NCBI GenBank assembly: GCA_035601515.1
Contig: DATNOD010000001.1
Location: 1 to 59,091, forward strand
DNA from: Candidatus Eiseniibacteriota bacterium
GTDB taxonomy: Bacteria > Chloroflexota > Dormibacteria > Dormibacterales > Dormibacteraceae
DNA length: 59,091 bases
Reading direction: 5' to 3'
Part shown: positions 1 to 5,900 of the stretch, in pieces
How the letters are laid out: each line of letters opens with the position of its first letter
How positions within the stretch are numbered: position 1 is the stretch's first letter
Notes under the pieces: generated by a model
What the model saw: the letters and a program-made list of their open reading frames with translations, nothing else
Databases searched by the model: none
Told to the model about the DNA's origin: nothing
Program-made: the position numbers and the translations under genes

Positions 1-2
1 AG

Positions 3-158
3 GTCGTCCGCACCAACCTCGACGCACTGCTCGTCGCGCGCCGCGTGCTCGACCAGTACGAAGAGCTGTGGCGGGCTCGGATCGACCGCATGAACGACCT
101 CATCGCCGAGACGGCCGTCGCCATGGACACCGTAGAGACAAAGGAGAGCAAACGATGA
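3..158 (+). CDS. ArsR/SmtB-like regulator, C-terminal fragment (5' end outside window)
   Basis: Open frame from window edge to TGA 156-158. Tail LDQYEELWRARIDRMNDLI resembles the C-terminus (VDEWLGRYRALWEQRLQAL) of the complete ArsR-like gene at 2505-2831. Same ATGA overlap with a downstream SRPBCC gene. Confidence 0.45.
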   Translation, partial: VVRTNLDALLVARRVLDQYEELWRARIDRMNDLIAETAVAMDTVETKESKR

Positions 159-649
159 CCGTCACCGCTGTCCGCAGCGATCCCCAGAGGCTCACCCTGA
201 CCGTTGAGGCGGAATTCGATGCATCGGTCGAGCGCATTTGGCAGCTGTGGGCGGATCCGCGCAAGCTCGGGCGCTGGTGGGGGCCGCCGACCTACCCTGC
301 CAACTTCACCAAACACGATCTGGCGCCCGGCGGTCGCGTCGAGTACCACATGACCGGGCCCACCGGCGACCAGCCGTACGGCTACTGGGACGTCCTCGAG
401 GTCGAGCGTCCGCGTCGCATTCTCTTCCGCGACTGCTGCGCCAACGCGGACGCCACGCCCAGGCCGATAAACACGATCCGCGTCGGCATCGAGGAGGTCG
501 CCCGAGGACGCACGCGCATGTCGATCGAGATCGTGTTCGCCAGCACCGAGGCCATGGAGCAGGCCCTGGCCATGGGCACGGACGAGGGACTGAGCCAGGC
601 CGTCAGCCAGATCGATGCCATCCTCGCCGAAGAAATTATCCGGCGCTAG
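155..649 (+). CDS. SRPBCC / AHSA1-like (activator of Hsp90 ATPase homolog) domain protein
   Basis: ATG 155 preceded by AAGGAGA (141-147). Motif VERIWQLWADPRKLGRWWGP is typical of the SRPBCC/AHSA1 family. The upstream part of the track ORF (68-154) is Arg/His-rich junk. Confidence 0.7.
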   Translation: MTVTAVRSDPQRLTLTVEAEFDASVERIWQLWADPRKLGRWWGPPTYPANFTKHDLAPGGRVEYHMTGPTGDQPYGYWDVLEVERPRRILFRDCCANADATPRPINTIRVGIEEVARGRTRMSIEIVFASTEAMEQALAMGTDEGLSQAVSQIDAILAEEIIRR

Positions 650-723
650 ATCCAGAGGAGAACCGTTGCGACCTCGTCAACCAGCCAACCAACCACAAAC
701 TCAACGAGAAGGGAGCTGCGACC

Positions 724-1362
724 ATGAAACTGACGACCATCACGATGGTAACCGTCGACGGAGTGATGCAAGGACTCGGCGGGGCGGACGAGGACCCCAG
801 CGGCGGATTCGAGCGCGGCGGATGGGTCGCGTCGCTGTTCGACAACGAGGCCACGGCGTCTCTCAACCAGGTCTACCAGCGCGCCGACGCGTTCCTGTTC
901 GGCCGGCGGACCTACGAGATCTTCGCCCGCTCTTGGGGCGCAGTGGAATGGCGCGCACGTGCAGGGATAGATCTGGGCATTCACCCCATCGCAGCGGCCT
1001 TGAACGCGCAGCCTAAGTACGTCGCATCGACCACGCTCACCGAACCGCGGTGGGCGACCACGACCGTCCTCTCCGGTGACGTCGCGGGCGCCATCGGCGA
1101 GCTGAAGGCCAAGCGCGAGGGTGAGCTTCAGGTGCACGGCAGCGGCGCTCTGATCCGCTGGCTGCTCAACAACCAGCTTGTCGACGAGATCACGCTGTTC
1201 GTCTGCCCTGTGGTCATCGGCCAGGGCACGCGGCTGTTCCCCGAAACCGGCCCCGACGCAGCGCTCGACCTGGTCGACTCGCGAGCCACCCCGAAGGGGG
1301 TAACGATCCAGGTCTATCGGCCCACCGGGCGCCCGCAGTATGCAACCGCCACCGCGACCTGA
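724..1362 (+). CDS. Dihydrofolate reductase-like protein (RibD C-terminal domain family)
   Basis: ATG 724 with GAAGGGAG upstream. MKLTTITMVTVDGVMQG... and LQVHGSGALIRWLLNNQLVDEITLFVCPVVIGQGTRLF match the RibD_C/DHFR-like pattern. The 5' 486 nt of track ORF 238-1362 overlap the previous gene and are rejected. Confidence 0.7.
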   Translation: MKLTTITMVTVDGVMQGLGGADEDPSGGFERGGWVASLFDNEATASLNQVYQRADAFLFGRRTYEIFARSWGAVEWRARAGIDLGIHPIAAALNAQPKYVASTTLTEPRWATTTVLSGDVAGAIGELKAKREGELQVHGSGALIRWLLNNQLVDEITLFVCPVVIGQGTRLFPETGPDAALDLVDSRATPKGVTIQVYRPTGRPQYATATAT

Positions 1363-1405
1363 AGCACGTGATGTAGATGCCGCGGTCAGTAAGAGTCAAT
1401 CGCGG

Positions 1406-2149
1406 ATGGGTGCGGGCTGCAGCGTAGACAGAGTGACCGGGATGCCGACGACATGGGGATGGCGCGTGGTGGTGATCGCGTCCATCCTTGTCGTCTTCGG
1501 CAACGCCGCCGGCGTTGCCGCCGGCCCGAACGTTGTCACCTTTTCTTGGGCGGCGATCGCCCAGAGTGCCGGCACGCTGCTGATCGTCATCGTTGCCTCT
1601 CGTTGGTGCGGGCTGACCTGGGCCGAGGCGGGCATCGGCCGGACCAACCTGCTGCGATCCAGCCTGATCGGCGCCGCGATAGGGCTCGGGCTGGCCGCGG
1701 TACTTCTCCTTGCGCTGGAGGTTGGTGCACAGCTAGGGACTCCGATCACCTACCAACCATTGCGTGGAGCGTCGATTGCAGCCGTTCTGACTCACGCCCT
1801 GGTGGGCCTGCCACTGCAGACCGCGATTCCCGAAGAGCTCGCATTTCGCGGACTGGTCCTGGGTTTGTTGATGAGGAAGCTCACGCCATTGCGCGCAACG
1901 CTTGTGACGTCCGCCATCTTTGTCGCCTGGCATGTGGTGGTTCAGGTGCAAACGCTGGCCGTGACCAATTTCACAAGCCCGTGGCAGATCGTTCCGGCCA
2001 TGGGCCTCGCCTTCGCCGGACTCTTCGCCGGCGGAGTGATATTCGCGCTCCTGCGTTTGCGCACACGCAATCTGGCCGGTGCGGTTGTGGCCCACTGGTT
2101 ATTCGATGCCGGTTTGATTACAGGACTGTTTGTCCTGACCCCTTCATGA
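1406..2149 (+). CDS. CPBP family intramembrane glutamic endopeptidase (CAAX protease-like)
   Basis: Multi-TM protein with EELAFRG (EExxxR), FVAWH (FxxxH) and AHWLFD motifs. Start uncertain (ATG 1406 or ATG 1442). Confidence 0.7.
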   Translation: MGAGCSVDRVTGMPTTWGWRVVVIASILVVFGNAAGVAAGPNVVTFSWAAIAQSAGTLLIVIVASRWCGLTWAEAGIGRTNLLRSSLIGAAIGLGLAAVLLLALEVGAQLGTPITYQPLRGASIAAVLTHALVGLPLQTAIPEELAFRGLVLGLLMRKLTPLRATLVTSAIFVAWHVVVQVQTLAVTNFTSPWQIVPAMGLAFAGLFAGGVIFALLRLRTRNLAGAVVAHWLFDAGLITGLFVLTPS

Positions 2150-2189
2150 CGCCCTACTCGGCGGACAGCATCTCCGGCGCCTCTTGACG

Positions 2190-2372
2190 CTACTTGCGCA
2201 GTTTCGAATCTCCCACTTCGGGCACGTTCAGGGGCTCCACGAGGCGCGACGGCGGCGCCATGGCGATCGCGGTGAGGGTGGAGTCGTGGAAGACCACGTA
2301 CGCGGGGACCCTGGCGGCGCGGGTCAGACGTTTCCTAACGCGTCAGGCACGATCACGACTGTGGCTGGTCAT
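2190..2372 (-). pseudogene. HRDC-domain mini-ORF (RecQ C-terminal-like) interrupted by an in-frame TGA
   Basis: My own minus-strand translation: ATG 2372, MTSHSRDRA, TGA (2345-2343), then RVRKRLTRAARVPAYVVFHDSTLTAIAMAPPSRLVEPLNVPEVGDSKLRK, TAG (2192-2190). The VPxYVVFxDxTL...GVGxxKL pattern is the HRDC signature. Not in the ORF track because it is split. Confidence 0.5.
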
Positions 2373-2468
2373 TGTGTCGGGCCGCGGTCAACCCCGACCT
2401 CCTCAAAGCTCCGTCATGAACCGGCGGTTTCTCGGTCGTCATGGCGTAATTGCACTGGCTTATGTACC

Positions 2469-2498
2469 TTGACAGTTACGTAACTACTTTGGTACATT
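2469..2498 (+). promoter_or_regulatory. Sigma-70-like promoter with embedded palindromic operator; apparently leaderless ArsR-like gene
   Basis: TTGACA (2469-2474), 18-nt spacer, TACATT (2493-2498). GTG start at 2505, only 6 nt after the -10. The spacer begins with the perfect palindrome GTTACGTAAC (2475-2484). Confidence 0.5.
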
Positions 2499-2504
2499 CA
2501 CGCC

Positions 2505-2831
2505 GTGGAAGCTGCTTTTCGGGCACTGGCTGACGAGAGCCGGCGGACGCTGCTGGAGACCTTGGTTGGCGGTCCGGCAACGGCGGGAGAGCTGGCGGCG
2601 CTGCTGCCGATTGCTCGCCCCGGCGTATCCCGGCATCTCCGGGTGCTTCGGGAGGCGGGGCTGGTCGAGGTTCGCCAGGAGGCGCAGCGGCGGGTCTACG
2701 GTCTTCGCCCCGAGCCGCTCGCCGAGGTCGATGAATGGCTAGGCCGGTACCGGGCCTTGTGGGAGCAGCGGCTGCAGGCCCTGCACACCGAAGTGGCCCG
2801 GGGGAAACGCGAACGAAGGAGCACCAAATGA
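2505..2831 (+). CDS. ArsR/SmtB family transcriptional regulator
   Basis: Winged HTH: ALADESRRTLLETLVGGPATAGELAALLPIARPGVSRHLRVLREAGLV. GTG start. Stop overlaps the next start (ATGA). Confidence 0.8.
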   Translation: MEAAFRALADESRRTLLETLVGGPATAGELAALLPIARPGVSRHLRVLREAGLVEVRQEAQRRVYGLRPEPLAEVDEWLGRYRALWEQRLQALHTEVARGKRERRSTK

Positions 2832-3376
2832 CCAGAAACGCACGTCCGGGTATCGCCATCCTTGGCAGCCTGAGATCGGCGGACGGCGCCGGCGTCGTGC
2901 GCATCGAAGATCGCTACGACACCGATATCGATGACCTGTGGGCCGCGCTCACCGATCCCGCCCGCCTGGCCCGCTGGTTCGGCCAGGTAGAAGGCGACCT
3001 CCGCCCCGGCGGAGAGTTCCGCCTGTACCTCGAATCCGCTGACCTAGACTGCACCGGGCGCGTGGAAGCGTGCGAGCCCCCACGGCGGCTGCTGGTAACG
3101 ACCAGGGAAACGGACGAGTCGTGGCGGAAGGGTCGCGGTGCACAGCCTTTCGACGAGGCCATCGAGGCCACACTGACCGCTGACGGCGACCAGACCATCC
3201 TGGTCATCGAGGTCCAGGGCATGCCCCTGGACAAGATCGCGTTCTACGGCGCCGGGTGGCAGATCCACGCCGAAAATCTCGTCGCCTACCTCGCCGGGCG
3301 TGAGCGCGGCGACAGCGAGGCGCGGTGGGACGAGCTCGTCCCTCCCTATCAGGAACTGGCGGCCAACGTCCATTAG
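2828..3376 (+). CDS. SRPBCC / AHSA1-like domain protein (paralog of 155-649)
   Basis: ATG 2828 overlapping the ArsR stop. DDLWAALTDPARLARWFG motif. Same gene order as the first pair. Confidence 0.7.
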   Translation: MTRNARPGIAILGSLRSADGAGVVRIEDRYDTDIDDLWAALTDPARLARWFGQVEGDLRPGGEFRLYLESADLDCTGRVEACEPPRRLLVTTRETDESWRKGRGAQPFDEAIEATLTADGDQTILVIEVQGMPLDKIAFYGAGWQIHAENLVAYLAGRERGDSEARWDELVPPYQELAANVH

Positions 3377-3511
3377 GCATCGGCCGCCGTCCAGATCCCT
3401 TCCGGCAGCAACCTCGTCCATCAGCCAAGCAACGCCGGATCACTAGGGGGGCCTACCACTCTCCAGACATCACGGGTCCTCGATCGAGATGGCAAATGCA
3501 GGTAGTGGCGG

Positions 3512-4432
3512 CTAGTGCGCTGCCGTCAAGACCTCGCTCGTCACCGGCGTCGCTTCTTGAGCTGATGTTTCGCGAGCTGTGGTTGGGGCTTGAATCAGCT
3601 TCACTGCTGATAGTGCAACGGCAAAAAGCATTGTGTAGATGCTCACGGTTGCAAGTGATTCGGCGATGCTTCTTGTCTGCCAGACCACACCGGCTGCATC
3701 GGTGACCTGCGCATTGCTGCCGCCGATCACGAATGTAAGGACGGGCGTCAGGCCCATCACCGCATACGTCAAGAGCGCCTGTGCGTAGTGAGACCGCGGG
3801 AAAGTCCGGGCCGTCTCGCTGCCAGGGCGAAACCTGACGAACAGTGCGAACAGCTGGAGGAAGAGGTACACCGTGAAAAACCAGCCCAGGTAGTTTGTTA
3901 GTGGTACGCCGAAGTACCCTCCGCCCTGCTCCCAGATCCACTGGTGCTGGATCGTTGAGGCCCTCGGATCGAAAGTCAGATCCCACATGACCATGGCGAA
4001 GGCAGCGATGAACGGAACCGCAAAAGTCATGAAGGCGCCGGACCCCCGGCGGACTTCACCAATGAGCACGTTCCCGATCACCCACGCGAAATAGCCATTG
4101 GCGAAATAGGCAGGACCGATCAGCAACGGCACCAAGAACAGCTTCGGCCCGAGCGCATCGGTGTAGTGGTAGTGACCGAAGGGAAAGCCGGAAAGGATGC
4201 TCGTGTTTTCCAGGATGTTGCTTACCACGAGACAGATGACGACGAATGCCACGATGCCGCTCCAGCCATAACGGACGGCTCCGTGAATGAGCGCGAACGC
4301 AACCGAGATCAACAGCACGATGGCGATCGGGATGCCGAGCCCAAATGCGATGTTGGCAACCAGGGCTACGGCGTAGGCTGCAGCGAGAGCCCAGAGGATC
4401 GTGGTAATCAAGCCCCTGTTTCTCTCAGTCAT
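3512..4432 (-). CDS. Carotenoid biosynthesis-type integral membrane protein (DUF422/CruF-like family)
   Basis: ATG 4432 (MTERNRG...). About 8 TM helices. SGFPFGHYHYTDALGPKLFLVPLLIGPAYF and WDLTFDP blocks recall the Caroten_synth family. The upstream 131 codons of track ORF 3512-4825 overlap the SDR gene and are rejected. Confidence 0.5.
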   Translation of the reverse strand: MTERNRGLITTILWALAAAYAVALVANIAFGLGIPIAIVLLISVAFALIHGAVRYGWSGIVAFVVICLVVSNILENTSILSGFPFGHYHYTDALGPKLFLVPLLIGPAYFANGYFAWVIGNVLIGEVRRGSGAFMTFAVPFIAAFAMVMWDLTFDPRASTIQHQWIWEQGGGYFGVPLTNYLGWFFTVYLFLQLFALFVRFRPGSETARTFPRSHYAQALLTYAVMGLTPVLTFVIGGSNAQVTDAAGVVWQTRSIAESLATVSIYTMLFAVALSAVKLIQAPTTARETSAQEATPVTSEVLTAAH

Positions 4433-5081
4433 GTTCGACCGCCTCCGCCGCGACGCGTTCTTTGGTCCGTGTCCCTTCTGTGATCCCGACGCTGCGGCGG
4501 CTGAGTTGACTGCTGGTGGCTGCCTGGACCATCCATTTCGCCACGTCCGAGCGTGAGATCCTGTCTGAAATCCGCCACTTTGCCCCCTCGGGAAGTACCT
4601 CCACAGAACCGCTGACGGGGCCGTCCTTGAGCACGCTCGCGTAGATGATGGTCCAATCGAGGTCGCTCTGCCTGAGCCGTTGCTCGCCGGCGCTCTTGTC
4701 CTTGATGACGGAGCCCATAGCGACCCCCGTGAGCAGCCGATGCACCGCGCCGAGGCGATCGCGTTCGACGAAAAATGACGAGAGGACGACCAGACGCCTG
4801 ACTCCTGTCTTATGCGCAGCTTCAACCATCGCCCCGGTGGAGTCGGCGATCACCGATCCGCCGCCGCCGAGCGTACTCAGTACCGCGTCGGCACTTGCCA
4901 GCGCTCGCGCGACGTCTTCAGGATCAGTGGCTCTGCCCGCGACCACGCGAAGGTTGGAGCCGCGAATCGTCAGCTTCTCGGGCGAACGAACCAGCGCGGT
5001 GACGGTGTGGCCGGCGGCGAGCGCCTGCTCGACCACGAGGCGGCCGGTACGGCCAGTGGCTCCGAGGACTAACAGCTTCAT
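4425..5081 (-). CDS. NAD(P)H-binding SDR-like oxidoreductase (NmrA/flavin-reductase-like)
   Basis: MKLLVLGATGRTGRLVV Rossmann motif. GGAGGA RBS upstream of ATG 5081. 8-nt overlap with the downstream membrane protein gene. Confidence 0.7.
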   Translation of the reverse strand: MKLLVLGATGRTGRLVVEQALAAGHTVTALVRSPEKLTIRGSNLRVVAGRATDPEDVARALASADAVLSTLGGGGSVIADSTGAMVEAAHKTGVRRLVVLSSFFVERDRLGAVHRLLTGVAMGSVIKDKSAGEQRLRQSDLDWTIIYASVLKDGPVSGSVEVLPEGAKWRISDRISRSDVAKWMVQAATSSQLSRRSVGITEGTRTKERVAAEAVEHD

Positions 5082-5104
5082 CGACTTCCTCCTGACTCCA
5101 TTTC

Positions 5105-5677
5105 TTGAAGTTGAAGCTTCAAGTTGTTAGTCTGAATAAGTTGAAGCGTCAAGTTATTTCAACCACCAAGCCAGCCAGGTGGCTGAACAACCACGAATGG
5201 AGCGCATGGCTCCACCTGTTGGCCACATTCACCTTGCTGCCTGCGGCGATTGATTCCCAACTGCAGCGAGAAGCCGGCATGAGTCATTTCGAGTTTGGCG
5301 TCATGGCGGCGCTATCCCGGCAGCCAGGTCGGCGCCTTCAGCTCAAAGACCTGGCTGTGGTCGCCAACGGCTCGCTATCTCGGCTATCCCATGTGATCTC
5401 GCGACTCGAGCGGCAGGGATGGGTGCGCCGAGTCAGCGGGGCCAAGGGCCGCGCGACAAACGCCGAATTGACCGACAAGGGATACAGGAAGCTGATGGAG
5501 GCGGGCCCGATTCACTTCGCGGAGGTTCGCCGGCTCGTATTCGACGTGCTGACGCCCGAGGAGGTGAACGAGCTCAGGCGAGTGACCAGCCGAATCAATG
5601 CCGGTCTGATTCCCGAGACGAATCTAGGACCGCTGGCGCGCCGGACCCGAGCAACCGCGCTGCGCCAGTCGAGATAG
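5105..5677 (+). CDS. MarR family transcriptional regulator
   Basis: MarR-like wHTH (GMSHFEFGVMAALSRQPGRRLQLKDLAVVANGSLSRLSHVISRLERQGWVRR). No in-frame ATG near the 5' end. Start is TTG 5105, 5111 or 5141, so the operator repeats may lie upstream of the true start. Confidence 0.7.
   Translation: MKLKLQVVSLNKLKRQVISTTKPARWLNNHEWSAWLHLLATFTLLPAAIDSQLQREAGMSHFEFGVMAALSRQPGRRLQLKDLAVVANGSLSRLSHVISRLERQGWVRRVSGAKGRATNAELTDKGYRKLMEAGPIHFAEVRRLVFDVLTPEEVNELRRVTSRINAGLIPETNLGPLARRTRATALRQSR
5108..5155. promoter_or_regulatory. Twin 18-bp operator-like repeats in the SDR/MarR divergent region
   Basis: AAGTTGAAGCTTCAAGTT (5108-5125, core TTGAAGCTTCAA is a perfect palindrome) and AAGTTGAAGCGTCAAGTT (5138-5155). 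17/18 identical, centres 30 bp apart. Confidence 0.5.
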
Positions 5678-5900
5678 TGTCCGTTACAGGAGCTTCGCCT
5701 TGTATTTTTGTTCAGCCACGCTTCTCAAGCAGCGTCAGGGCGTCTCAGGGTTAAGCTGTCAAACAAGCTGTCAACCGCCTCGAGAAAGGATGTACGAGGC
5801 GGCGAAGTAATCGCGACCGGGATCGGTTCGTTTGACCTTCCGAAACGCACCAGGCGCCGGTCGTGAATTTGCAAAGTCCCTGCGGTACTGTCATGGCGGC

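Noticed and set aside
2184-2483. Two overlapping plus-strand ORFs (99 and 92 aa) in the CPBP-ArsR gap
   Set aside because: No motifs, Arg/Gly-rich. The region is better explained by the HRDC relic on the minus strand and the ArsR promoter.
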